Positions 1-9,904 are shown, numbered from the stretch's first letter. The stretch is 64,000 nt of DNA from Candidatus Bathyarchaeota archaeon (GCA_963782525.1 CAWAKC010000001.1:352001-416000); one strand, 5' to 3'. Notes: generated by a model not told the origin, from the letters alone. A program made the numbers and translations.

Positions 1-1081
1 CTGCTACGTTGGCGAACTCACACCTAAATCCAAAGACTACGTTGTATCTTTTGGGGAAAGGTTGTCTGCACCCGTCGTTTGGGGAGCAATAAAAGATCAC
101 AAAGCCGAGAGTCAATTCTTCACAGGCAAAGATGCAGGTATAGTTACAGACTCCAACTTCGGAGAAGCAGACCCACTCATCAACTTTACCACACACCTCA
201 TCCGTGAACGATTGGAACCGCTGCTCGAGAGTCAGGTTATCCCAGTTGTAACTGGGTTTATCGCTGCAAATCAAGATGGTATCGTTACAACTGTTGGCCG
301 AGGCGGCTCTGATTACACAGCTACTATATTAGGCATGGCTTTGAATGTTGATGAAGTCTGGATATGGACAGACGTAGACGGTATAATGACCACTGATCCC
401 AAAATCGTTCCTTCAGCGAAAATGCTTCCACAACTGAGCTACCAAGAAGCTGCGGAAATGGCGATTTTCGGCGCAAAAGCTATGCACCCTCGAGCACTGG
501 GGCCAGCCATCAGAGGAAACATTCCAGTTCGGATACGCAGCATTTTCCACCCAGAAAACCCTGGCACACTCATAACTAAAGAACCAAACGCAAAAGTCAC
601 CGAAGCCGTAAAAGCAGTAGCCATGATAAAAGACGTCGCAATGCTAAACGTCAACGGCGCAGGCATGGTGGGTGCACCAGGAAGCTACGCCAAAGTCTTC
701 GACGTCCTCGGCAGGAACAACATCAACGTAATGATGATATCCACCGCAGCTTCAGAAGCCAACATCTCCATGATAATCAAACGCGGAGTCCTAGGCAGAG
801 CAATCAGCAACCTCGAAATTGCTTTGCTTGAGCGAGACGGAATAGTCAGTGAAGTTTCAGCCGAAGACGATGTTGCAGTGATCGCAGTCATGGGCGCCAA
901 CATGAAGGGTACACTCGGTGTCGCTTCAAGAATATTTAGTACTGTCGCCAAGAAAGGCATCAACATCCGCATGATTGCACAAGGCAGCTCAGAACTCAAC
1001 ATTTCGTTTGTCGTCAAAGAAAAAGACGGCATAGCGGTTGTCCAAGCGATTCATGAAGAATTCAATTTAGACAAAAATTAA
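1..1081 (+). CDS. lysC: Aspartate kinase with two C-terminal ACT domains (5' truncated by window edge)
   Basis: The frame is open from base 2 (CYVGELTPKSKDYVVSFGERLSAP). It has GRGGSDYTA, WTDVDGIMTTDP and two ACT repeats (MISTAASEANIS, MIAQGSSELNIS). Confidence 0.95.
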   Translation, partial: CYVGELTPKSKDYVVSFGERLSAPVVWGAIKDHKAESQFFTGKDAGIVTDSNFGEADPLINFTTHLIRERLEPLLESQVIPVVTGFIAANQDGIVTTVGRGGSDYTATILGMALNVDEVWIWTDVDGIMTTDPKIVPSAKMLPQLSYQEAAEMAIFGAKAMHPRALGPAIRGNIPVRIRSIFHPENPGTLITKEPNAKVTEAVKAVAMIKDVAMLNVNGAGMVGAPGSYAKVFDVLGRNNINVMMISTAASEANISMIIKRGVLGRAISNLEIALLERDGIVSEVSAEDDVAVIAVMGANMKGTLGVASRIFSTVAKKGINIRMIAQGSSELNISFVVKEKDGIAVVQAIHEEFNLDKN

Positions 1082-1163
1082 ACCCAACTCTCAATTTTTC
1101 AATTTTTATTTAAGATTAATTAACTATTCCTACTGACAAACTAATCAAGCATGAGAAGATTCA

Positions 1164-1481
1164 ATGGAAACAAAATCCAAAAAATTTTATTTCCAAGAAA
1201 TGGATTGCATAGTTTGCTTTCCAAACGATGGGAATGAGGGAAGAAAATACCTCTTCTATTCGGTACGGTTTATTGACCGAAGAAACAAGCAGAGCAAACC
1301 CCACGCCGTTTTGGCCGACGTTGTTGATAGTCCAATGTTTGAAAAAGGGTATCCTCATACTGTTGGTTTCTTCAGAAGTTCGATCGATGAGAAGGACAAT
1401 TTTGAAGCGAATTTTTTGGAGTTAAGGATTATCCGGTGTATTGAGGAGTTCTGGAAGTTTCTAAACGACTTAAACATCTAA
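1164..1481 (+). CDS. Hypothetical protein (105 aa)
   Basis: ATG-started ORF filling the gap and converging on the next gene. No motif recognised. Confidence 0.6.
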   Translation: METKSKKFYFQEMDCIVCFPNDGNEGRKYLFYSVRFIDRRNKQSKPHAVLADVVDSPMFEKGYPHTVGFFRSSIDEKDNFEANFLELRIIRCIEEFWKFLNDLNI

Positions 1482-4135
1482 GGAGGAAGGGACAGCGTCA
1501 TGTTTACTGAGTATTCGTCTGATGATTTAGACGTAAATCCTTTGTTTTTGCATAGAGTGAGCATCTTTGTATTTTCGGGGCTTATTTCGCTATAGATTAT
1601 TTCTAGTTTTAAGTCCTTGCCGATGTCGATGATGTAATCTGTAAGCTTTGTTCCTAATCCTAACCCATGCCACGAATCACTCACCATGACTGCGAATTCC
1701 CCGTTTTTTCTTTCAGAATCAAGAATTAACCTTACAACCCCGATGAGATTGCCATCCTCAAGTTGAGCAACTATCGCTATTTCCCTGTCGTAATCCAAAT
1801 TACAGTACCTAGACAAGGTATCATGCGACATTTCTTTTATAGTCTCAAAAAACCTAAAACGTACACTCTCTTCCGATAAAGATTTGAAGAGTGCATTGAA
1901 ACGGTTTTCATCCTCAGGCTTTATAGATCGAAAAGTCACTTTTGCACCGTTTTTTAGAGTACGCTGGGTTACATACTTTTTTGGGTATGGTGCGATAACT
2001 AGATTTTCTGAGTGTTCAGCACCTTGATGCAGAAACATGTGCAAGTCTAACACAATTTGAGCGTCCACAGCGCATGCTTTGCCATCCTTGATAACAATGG
2101 GGTTTACATCAATTTTTTTTATCTCTGGAAAATCGACTGCAAGCTGAGAAAACCGAATCAAAATTTCCTCAATTAAAGCATTTGCAAACTTTTCCGAGCA
2201 GACAGCGTCTTTGCAGTATTGAACCGCTTTCGTGTTTTCCATAATTTGCTTCGCAAGAACCTGGTTTAGAGGCGGAAAACCAACACTCAATTCCCGGTCC
2301 TTCTCGATTAAAGCTCCTCCTGTCCCCAAACAGATAATAGAACCAAACTGAGGGTCCTTTCTTAACCCTAAAAACAGTTTGCAGGGAGCGTAGAGGACTT
2401 TGGGCTGTATCGCTATCCCTTGGAAGTCAACTATTTTGCCGATACCCATTTCATCTGCCAATTGGGTGAATTGAAAAGCGAGTTGGGCAGGAGAAAAAAC
2501 ATCGTAGGCAAGGGTTTGGGTTTCAAGTTTAAGAGAGTATTGGGTGCCGAGCGGTTTCATTGTTACTGGGTACCCGAGTTGTGAAGCAAAAGCAGCGGAT
2601 TCGTCAGCTGTTTTAGCTATAACTGTTTTCACGACAGGTATTTTGTAGGCTTCTAAGAATTTGAAAGATTCAGGCAAATTCAAAGTTTTTCTGCCCTCAC
2701 TGTACGCACGCCTCAAAATTCCCTTGAGATGAATCGGTGAAGTGCGGTCTATGGAAATTTCGTCTGGAGTTTGATAAAGCAACTCCAGGTTTTGGGTGTG
2801 AGCATAGATGTTCATGAAGGTTCTCACGGCTTCCTGAGGGCTTCGGAACGTTGGAACACTGTTTCTATGCAATATGCGTCTTGCTTCTTGGCATTGGGGA
2901 TCTTCCCCCAGTAGACAAACGAATATGTTTTTTCTAGTTTGCTTAGCCGAATCGATAACGGTGTTGGCTAAGCTCAGAGGATCCGTCAACCCCGTAGGCG
3001 CATACATAACGAGAAGACTACTGTTTGAGTTATCGGTTATGCACGTTTGAATTACTTTTCGGTATCTTTCAGGCGTTGCTTCTTCCAGGAGGTCAATGGG
3101 ATTAGTTAAACCGCAATAGTAGGGCAAAATGTTCCTTAAGGCTTGAATAGTAGAACTGCTTATTTCTGCAAGTTTGCCGCCGCGCCTGTTTATTTGGTCT
3201 ATAGCCATCAAAGCTGGTCCTCCAGCGTTTGTTATTATGGTTAAGTCGGGCGCAGTTGGGCTAGGCTGCATCAACAAGGTTTTAGCGCAGTCAAAAACGC
3301 CATTCAGGGTTTCAACTCTAACAACTCCGCTCCTTCTAAACGCAGCGTCATGTATAGCTTCGTTAAGGTTACAGGTATCTGAGGTTCCGAGATTTTGGGT
3401 TTCATCGGCTCTGTTGGGTTTAACTATGATGATTGGTTTTGTTTTTGCATAGCCTCTTGCTGCACTAATGAAACTTCTTGCGTTTTTTATGGATTCAACG
3501 TAGAGCATTATGATTCTTGTTTGAGAGTCGTTCCCAAAGTATTCAATCAAATCGCCAACGTCAACATCGATGGATTGACCCATCGAGACAACTGCACTAA
3601 GCCCAACTTGGGTTTCCAAAGACCAATCCAAGGCTGAACCACAAAATGCTCCACTCTGAGAAATGAAGGCGATTTTTCCAGGCACCGCTTTCTTTTCCGC
3701 AAAAGTTGCATACAGATTTGAGTTTGGTCTTATGATTCCAAAGCTGTTTGGGCCAATTATCTTCAACCCATAAGCTTTTTTGCTCTCAAGAATTCGCTGG
3801 GTAAGCTCTCGACCAACTTTACTGCATTCATCAAAACCTGCTGAAACAATGACAGCATTCAAAACGCCCGCCATACCGCACTCTTCAACAATTTGGGGAA
3901 CCGTGTGTGCGGGTGTTGCTATGATTGCAAGGTCTACTTTGGAGGGCACACGATCTATGCTGGGATAAGCAACAATTCCTTGAACTGTTTTCCTAAAAGA
4001 ATTAACAGGAAAAATTTTTCCTTGGTATGTCCCAATTAGGTTACGGAGAATTCGTGCGCCTAAAGAATCGACTCGTTCGCTTGCCCCAATAACAGCGATT
4101 GCTTGGGGACTGAAAAATCCCCGAAGATTTCCCAT
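1478..4135 (-). CDS. NDP-forming acyl-CoA synthetase-like/ATP-grasp protein fused to a C-terminal GNAT (Pat/YfiQ-type protein acetyltransferase architecture)
   Basis: CoA-binding fold (IAVIGAS, IIGPNSFG, ISQSGA), ITNAGG, ATP-grasp (DPQFG, DVNP) and a GNAT domain (RFRFF, DYDREIA, WHGLGLGTKL). Confidence 0.9.
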   Translation of the reverse strand: MGNLRGFFSPQAIAVIGASERVDSLGARILRNLIGTYQGKIFPVNSFRKTVQGIVAYPSIDRVPSKVDLAIIATPAHTVPQIVEECGMAGVLNAVIVSAGFDECSKVGRELTQRILESKKAYGLKIIGPNSFGIIRPNSNLYATFAEKKAVPGKIAFISQSGAFCGSALDWSLETQVGLSAVVSMGQSIDVDVGDLIEYFGNDSQTRIIMLYVESIKNARSFISAARGYAKTKPIIIVKPNRADETQNLGTSDTCNLNEAIHDAAFRRSGVVRVETLNGVFDCAKTLLMQPSPTAPDLTIITNAGGPALMAIDQINRRGGKLAEISSSTIQALRNILPYYCGLTNPIDLLEEATPERYRKVIQTCITDNSNSSLLVMYAPTGLTDPLSLANTVIDSAKQTRKNIFVCLLGEDPQCQEARRILHRNSVPTFRSPQEAVRTFMNIYAHTQNLELLYQTPDEISIDRTSPIHLKGILRRAYSEGRKTLNLPESFKFLEAYKIPVVKTVIAKTADESAAFASQLGYPVTMKPLGTQYSLKLETQTLAYDVFSPAQLAFQFTQLADEMGIGKIVDFQGIAIQPKVLYAPCKLFLGLRKDPQFGSIICLGTGGALIEKDRELSVGFPPLNQVLAKQIMENTKAVQYCKDAVCSEKFANALIEEILIRFSQLAVDFPEIKKIDVNPIVIKDGKACAVDAQIVLDLHMFLHQGAEHSENLVIAPYPKKYVTQRTLKNGAKVTFRSIKPEDENRFNALFKSLSEESVRFRFFETIKEMSHDTLSRYCNLDYDREIAIVAQLEDGNLIGVVRLILDSERKNGEFAVMVSDSWHGLGLGTKLTDYIIDIGKDLKLEIIYSEISPENTKMLTLCKNKGFTSKSSDEYSVNMTLSLPP

Positions 4136-4180
4136 ACCCGCTCATCCCCTTAGTGGTTAATAGAAAAGTTAGTGATTAGG

Positions 4181-5488
4181 TCAAACCAATTTAACCACGT
4201 GTGTGGAGCAGGAAATGCATGGGTCGTATGCGCGTACTAACATTTCTAATGCGAGCTCGATTTCTTTTTGAGATTTTTGCGCAATCTGCGGTACAAGTGC
4301 TTTCATGTCCAACGATATGTTGCCGTGGTTTTGGTTGGTTGGGATGACGCAGTTGGCTTTTGTGCACACTCCTTTATCGTTGTATGAGTAATCGTGGAAT
4401 AGTATGCCTCGGGGGACTTCTACGGCTCCGACGCCGCTGCCTGCCTTGACTTTTATGGTTGGGTTGTTGTAGTCAGGTTGGGTTTTAAGTCCTGCAGCTT
4501 CAAGTTCGTTGATTAATCCTATAGAGTCTTCAACGCTGTGAACAGTCTCAACTAACTGGGCAATGCTGTTCATGAAAGGATTATAACACAATGGTTTGAG
4601 GTTGAACATTTCCGCAACCGTTTGAGCCATGGGTGAGAGTCTCTTGTAGTTGAGGTTGAGTCTTGCTAATGCACCGACCATGTAGGAGTCTCGGCTGTGT
4701 TTTGCCCATTTAGCAGTTGACTGCGGGACGACAAATTCGTTTGTGTATGTGAAGTATTCTTTTGCTGGTGCTGCTCCAGTGTCAGATGAGGCTATTTCTC
4801 CGTCGTAGAGTGCGTATTCGTTGGGGTTTGTTAGAGCAATGAATTCAGTTTCTCGCTCAAAGTTGGGAAAATTACCTGCTAAACTCTTAAACAAGCTAGC
4901 CACTGCTTTAAGGTTTGGAACAGAATCCTGCAGTTTCCGCCTCATAACCGCCAACTCCTTCATCGAAGGGATTTTAGAGAATCCGCCAGGGATCAGCCTT
5001 TGTGGGTGAGTGGTTCTGCCGCATAGAAGAATTGACATTTCGTTTGCGATTCTATGTAGTTGGAGAACAATTTTAACTTCAGCTAGATTCGTTGAGGCAA
5101 GAGGGATAACTGAGCCTACACCCATCAAGTCGGGTAGAACTAGAAATCCCAAATGTAGAACGTGACTTTGCATGTTCTCAGCGTGGAGGGCTAACTTTCG
5201 CAGTTTCAAATCCTGTTCACTTATGGGTATTCCCATTGCTGCTTCAGTGGCTTTCAACGAGGCAAGTGTATGACCTATGGAACAAATACCGCATATGCGA
5301 GATGTAATGTGGTGTAGCTCGTTCCAAGAGCGCCCTACAACCATGGCTTCGAAGAATCTTGGTGCTTCAGGGATACTCCATTCACATTTTTCTACGGTGC
5401 CATTTCTGATGGATACGTTGATGTTTCCGTGTCCTTCTACTCTTGTTATGTGATGGACATTTACGTCGACATTTTTAGATTCGCTCAT
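4181..5488 (-). CDS. hydA: Group 3b [NiFe] hydrogenase (sulfhydrogenase) large/alpha subunit
   Basis: TRVEGHG, L1 motif RICGICS and L2 motif DPCISCSTH with a short tail. The likely start is ATG 5488, overlapping the upstream stop (ATGA). Confidence 0.93.
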   Translation of the reverse strand: MSESKNVDVNVHHITRVEGHGNINVSIRNGTVEKCEWSIPEAPRFFEAMVVGRSWNELHHITSRICGICSIGHTLASLKATEAAMGIPISEQDLKLRKLALHAENMQSHVLHLGFLVLPDLMGVGSVIPLASTNLAEVKIVLQLHRIANEMSILLCGRTTHPQRLIPGGFSKIPSMKELAVMRRKLQDSVPNLKAVASLFKSLAGNFPNFERETEFIALTNPNEYALYDGEIASSDTGAAPAKEYFTYTNEFVVPQSTAKWAKHSRDSYMVGALARLNLNYKRLSPMAQTVAEMFNLKPLCYNPFMNSIAQLVETVHSVEDSIGLINELEAAGLKTQPDYNNPTIKVKAGSGVGAVEVPRGILFHDYSYNDKGVCTKANCVIPTNQNHGNISLDMKALVPQIAQKSQKEIELALEMLVRAYDPCISCSTHVVKLV

Positions 5489-6222
5489 CTTTTTGCCTCC
5501 TGCCAACCAAAATATAACCTAAACTTAGCTATTGCATCATCTACATTTTGACCGTACTTGATGAGAACTTCTTTTTGGGAATTCTCGTTTGGATTATCGA
5601 CCAACCCTCGGCAGCCCCAGCAGATTGTGCCCTCATTAACGCAACATGAGTTACAGCCGGCTCTGGTAACTGTTCCAACGCAGTATTGGCCACGTTCAAA
5701 AGCGCAGACATTCTCGTTTTTTTTGCATTCCACACAAACTGGGTAGGTGGGTGTTTCAGGCTTCTTTCCCATCAAGAGTGATTTGACCACTTGCAGGAAA
5801 TCTTCTCTGTCGATTGGGCATCCATAAACGTAGGCATCCACTGGGATAACGGCGTCTATGGGTCTCGCAGCGTAGGAGTCAAAGAGTCTTGCGCTTTCGT
5901 CATATACCATTTTTTTAACTGCATCTAAATCTTTGTAGTTTCTCAGCGAATTGATGCCACCGATGGCAGCGCAGGATCCGATTGCTACAACGGTTTTAGC
6001 GTTTTTTCGTATTTGTTTGAGTCTATCTTCGTCTTGCAGTCTTGTGCATGAACCTTCCACGAAGGCGATATCATAGTTATCGCTTTGTTCTTTCATGACT
6101 TCCCTGAAAGTCACAACTTCCACTTGACCCAAAAGAGCTAACAAGTCTTCTTCAAGGTTCGCAATTTGGAGCTGGTCGCCTTCGCAGCCAGCAAAATCAA
6201 AGAATGCAACTTTAGGTTTCAT
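5485..6222 (-). CDS. hydD: Group 3b [NiFe] hydrogenase small/delta subunit
   Basis: CEGD at the CxxC position, FVEGS, GSCA, GCP and a C-terminal Cys cluster (VCVEC, CVG, CWGCRG). Confidence 0.9.
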   Translation of the reverse strand: MKPKVAFFDFAGCEGDQLQIANLEEDLLALLGQVEVVTFREVMKEQSDNYDIAFVEGSCTRLQDEDRLKQIRKNAKTVVAIGSCAAIGGINSLRNYKDLDAVKKMVYDESARLFDSYAARPIDAVIPVDAYVYGCPIDREDFLQVVKSLLMGKKPETPTYPVCVECKKNENVCAFERGQYCVGTVTRAGCNSCCVNEGTICWGCRGLVDNPNENSQKEVLIKYGQNVDDAIAKFRLYFGWQEAKR

Positions 6223-8145
6223 TTATAGCGCCTCCGGAACACCTTTTATTTTTGCATAATTAAAAACAGGACCGTCCTTGCAGACATATATTTGATTGAT
6301 TTGGCAGTGCCCGCATTTGCCTACCCCGCATTTCATTCTGCGTTCAAGCGACATTATAATGTGGTCGTCTGGCACCATTTTTTTCTTCAAATCTGCAATA
6401 ACAAATTTGTACATAACTGGAGGGCCGCAGAGTATGGCGAGGGTTTGTTCTGGGTCGAAGGTCACTTGGGGAATAAGCGTTGTTATCACGCCGATGTTGC
6501 CCGTCCAGACATCGTTTTCGGGGCACCAGTTGACGGTTGATTTAAACTCAACATCATCTCTTGATGCTAAGGCAATCATTTCTTCCCCGAAAAGCAACTC
6601 CTTAGGTTCCTTGCATCCATAGAGCAGGAAAACTTTTCCGTAATCTTTCCGATTATCCAGCACATAGTTGAACAGTGAGCGGAGAGGAGCAATTCCCAAG
6701 CCACCTGCAATGAACAAGAGGTCTTTGTTTTTAAGCGAATCAACGTCAAAGCCGTTTCCGAAGGGTCCTCGAATTCCCACTTTGTCGCCCTCGTTAAGTT
6801 TGTGCAGTCTAGTGGTGACATTTCCTAGTTTACGGACGCAGATTTCAAACGTGCCCTTCTTTGTGGGCGGAGAAGACAACGAAATCGGCGCTTCACCAAT
6901 GCCGAACGCTGAAACCTCGACAAACTGGCCTGGTTTATGATTTAGCTCTGAACCATCGTCTAATTTTATTTCAAAGAGGGTTTCAAGAGCAGTCATCGGG
7001 GTTTTTTTGACTATGGTTGCCAGTTTAGGTACGAAGTTGATGTTTCCTTCCGTTTGAATGTTTATGTCAAGGGCGGCGGATGTTGCTAACTGACTTCCGC
7101 TGATTTGACTTTCATGATACATATCGTTGAAAAGGTCAACTGGATTTGCTATGTTTGGGAGACAGTTTGAGGAGCATCTGCCACATCCAACACAGGAGAC
7201 GAAGCCGAAGCGGTCAAAGAGGTATTTTCCTTTTTTGAAGTAACGGTGACGATACCTTGTGGGTCTAGTGGCACGGAAGTTTTCTCCTGATGCTATCTTG
7301 GCGAAATCTTCCAATAAACAGCCGTCCCATGTTCGGATTCTTTCGCCTGCCTCCAAAGTTAGGTCAGGGTTATCTTTAACGTCAAAGCAGTAGCAAGTGG
7401 GACATACCAAGACGCATGAGCCACATGCTAAACATTTTTCGGAGTGCTTTTCCCAGAAGCCACTTTTTCCATAGCTGTCTTTGAGCAGCTCTGGAATTAG
7501 TTCAGGGTTAAAGTCGAAGTTTTGCTGTGAGAGATTCATTATTTCTCTTTTTTTCTGTCCAGCAACCTGTATGTCACGTGCCAAAGCGGTGGTTACGTTC
7601 TTTGCGTATTTGGAGAGTAATTCTTCTCCTTTTTGAGATCCGACGTTTATCACATACCTGTTGCCTAAGTCGGTTAACATGAGGTCGAAGCCATAGTCAA
7701 CGGAAGAGGCCCCCATGTACGATGAGAAATTCCATTTTGACAGTTTTTGGATGTTAACGCCTATGATTATGGAGGATTCGCGTTTTTGGAAGTAATATGG
7801 GTCTGATTTTGTCTCTCTAAAAATTTCGTCCATATGGAGCAATGCAACAATGTCGTAGGGGTGTACACCTATTATCACCATGGGTTTTGTTTCGTCAGGT
7901 TGTTTGGCGGAGAATCCACCTGACAAAGCATAAGTAAACAATGTTTCTCGTTGGGGGAAATAGTATTTTTTTGGAGGCAGCAAAGTGACGTCGTAGTCAA
8001 GCCGCAGTTCCTCAGCTGTTTGTAGCGGGGCAAAGGCAAATTTGTTGCCTCTGGATTTCACTCCAATTACATTTAAAGAATCATCTTTAATCAGGTTGTT
8101 TACGAAATCGTTAAAATCATCCTTTGAAATGACCTTCATGACCAT
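6223..8145 (-). CDS. Fused sulfhydrogenase beta (AsrA-like Fe-S) and gamma (AsrB-like FAD/NAD(P), 2Fe-2S) subunits
   Basis: The N-half has CLACGSCVLVCPTCYC, WDGC and CVGCGRC. The C-half has PGQF, GEAPIS, RGPFG, AGGLG, CGPP and MKCGVGKCGHC. Confidence 0.9.
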   Translation of the reverse strand: MVMKVISKDDFNDFVNNLIKDDSLNVIGVKSRGNKFAFAPLQTAEELRLDYDVTLLPPKKYYFPQRETLFTYALSGGFSAKQPDETKPMVIIGVHPYDIVALLHMDEIFRETKSDPYYFQKRESSIIIGVNIQKLSKWNFSSYMGASSVDYGFDLMLTDLGNRYVINVGSQKGEELLSKYAKNVTTALARDIQVAGQKKREIMNLSQQNFDFNPELIPELLKDSYGKSGFWEKHSEKCLACGSCVLVCPTCYCFDVKDNPDLTLEAGERIRTWDGCLLEDFAKIASGENFRATRPTRYRHRYFKKGKYLFDRFGFVSCVGCGRCSSNCLPNIANPVDLFNDMYHESQISGSQLATSAALDINIQTEGNINFVPKLATIVKKTPMTALETLFEIKLDDGSELNHKPGQFVEVSAFGIGEAPISLSSPPTKKGTFEICVRKLGNVTTRLHKLNEGDKVGIRGPFGNGFDVDSLKNKDLLFIAGGLGIAPLRSLFNYVLDNRKDYGKVFLLYGCKEPKELLFGEEMIALASRDDVEFKSTVNWCPENDVWTGNIGVITTLIPQVTFDPEQTLAILCGPPVMYKFVIADLKKKMVPDDHIIMSLERRMKCGVGKCGHCQINQIYVCKDGPVFNYAKIKGVPEAL

Positions 8146-8280
8146 TCTCCCAAATGTTCAGTCAGGAACGATATAAAGGGGTAAAGAAGACAATTTAATG
8201 TTTGCGGAATAAACTTAGATGGGAGCAACACATCCAAATAAAGCAAAACCCTTTACAAAAGCTACCGCTCGGATGTCTTT

Positions 8281-9630
8281 CTAAGAACTGTGGAAGTTTT
8301 CAAATTGAGTCTTATAGTTGCTTTGTTTCCACAGAAAATCATAGGATTTATGCATTGGATCGAAATATTCGATGGTTTTGACGTATTGGTCGGGCACTAT
8401 CAGGATGAGACAGAAGTAACCGCCGTAATGCCTGCGGAAAGCCACCAATTTACCTAGAAACTCTATGAGGTTGGTTTTGATTCCGTGGGGTTCAAGCAGG
8501 ACTTTTCTGCCTTTGTCTGTTATTTGAGGTAGAAGAAAATCTGGTTTGTAAACAAAAAGAGCATTGTCCTTTGAAAGGCAGAACTCCATAAATTCGTAGT
8601 TGAAAATCACTTGTTTGCTCTTAAGAAAGTCGTAAACGTCGAGTTCCAAACCTGAGAAAGCGCCAGGGTCAATACGTTCCCCTATTCTGTTATAATGGTA
8701 AACGACAGTTAGGTAACGCATGAGCGGCTGCAGGAATTCTTCATGCTTGTGGATAAAAAAGTGCATTGATTTCTCCAAAGAGGCGGGAGTTAAGTCAGAG
8801 TACTCAAGCCATGTTCCCAAGATAAAGAATGGAAAATCAACTTTAGCTGGGTCTTCAGGAAACAGTGATTTCGCAAAGTTGGTCAACTTCTCTGCATCAG
8901 CATCGAATGCAGCGGTGTTTTCCCACCAGCTTTCGGGCTGATTTTTAATACTTAATTCAAACGGCAAGTTTTCGTTGTCACTCAGCCCCAACGCAGCATA
9001 GACCCTGTATTTGGGGGTAGTAAGTGAAACCATCAGGTCTTTGGGGTTGAATTTGAAGAGTGCCAAGTCAGGTGAGTTTCGAACCATCCAGCGCAGGTAC
9101 AGCCATGCTTTAGCCTTATGCTGTTTAGTCATCCGCTTAACGCTAAACGAAAGTTCCTTAACAAAATCCGCTGGTTTGCGCCCTTTTAGAGCTAACTTTT
9201 CAGAGTAACCGATGAGATTGCCAGGGGCTTTTTTCTCCACGAACTGGTTAACTGAGCAGATTACCTCTGCAATCTCAGCTTTTGCTTGTCCTAGATGGTC
9301 AAATTTTTCTGTTTGATGTTCAAACCGGTTAATTTCGGCTGCGAAGTCGGAAACGTTCTTTGCTGTGTATAATTTGGGTCCCAAAGCAGTGTAAAGTCTG
9401 TTAAGGAGCAGCCGTACGTTTCTGGGGTTCCCTGTTAGTTTGTAGTCGCTAAGCGCGGCTGCCAGCAAAAAATAGTGTGCTGCTTCCTGTTTGGCTTCAT
9501 CGCTGTTCAGCGGCATGAACCATGGTTTAGGGTTAAGGTATAAGTCAAGCTCTAAGTCCGGCACGCTGCTGTAAGTTTGAACGAATCGCATGATTAAGTC
9601 CTTTAAGTTGCTTGGAACCTCTTGCGGCAT
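8281..9630 (-). CDS. DUF2400/TIGR02757-like protein with a C-terminal PD-(D/E)xK-like nuclease domain
   Basis: WLYLRWMVR and DPAKVDFPFF resemble the DUF2400 motifs (LRWMVR, DPxKYDF). The C-terminal YKPDFLL...LLEPHG resembles a PD-(D/E)xK nuclease core. Confidence 0.6.
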   Translation of the reverse strand: MPQEVPSNLKDLIMRFVQTYSSVPDLELDLYLNPKPWFMPLNSDEAKQEAAHYFLLAAALSDYKLTGNPRNVRLLLNRLYTALGPKLYTAKNVSDFAAEINRFEHQTEKFDHLGQAKAEIAEVICSVNQFVEKKAPGNLIGYSEKLALKGRKPADFVKELSFSVKRMTKQHKAKAWLYLRWMVRNSPDLALFKFNPKDLMVSLTTPKYRVYAALGLSDNENLPFELSIKNQPESWWENTAAFDADAEKLTNFAKSLFPEDPAKVDFPFFILGTWLEYSDLTPASLEKSMHFFIHKHEEFLQPLMRYLTVVYHYNRIGERIDPGAFSGLELDVYDFLKSKQVIFNYEFMEFCLSKDNALFVYKPDFLLPQITDKGRKVLLEPHGIKTNLIEFLGKLVAFRRHYGGYFCLILIVPDQYVKTIEYFDPMHKSYDFLWKQSNYKTQFENFHSS

Positions 9631-9762
9631 ACTTACAAAGGTTGGCTGCTTAGTTTAATTGTTTTTCCAGGCAATCAGCTCAAAGAATCATTTTAGCTGA
9701 TATATGGAATCCGACAAGAGGGTTTATTTAGCCCATTTTCACCTAAATGGTTGGTTTTAGAA

Positions 9763-9849
9763 ATGCAGAAAATTGTTTTTGGTTTCGAAGAAGAAGATGA
9801 AGATTGCGACTGCGATTGCGACGACTGCGAAGAAGAAGATGAAGAGTAA
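9763..9849 (+). CDS. Putative 28-aa acidic Cys-rich micropeptide MQKIVFGFEEEDEDCDCDCDDCEEEDEE
   Basis: Read directly from the sequence. A TATA-like TTTATTTA lies at about 9723 and a T-rich tract follows the stop. Below the ORF-track cutoff. Confidence 0.5.
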   Translation: MQKIVFGFEEEDEDCDCDCDDCEEEDEE

Positions 9850-9904
9850 ACGCCTGCAAAACAAACGATGAAGCACCGAACAATAAACTTCTTTTTTCTT
9901 TAGT

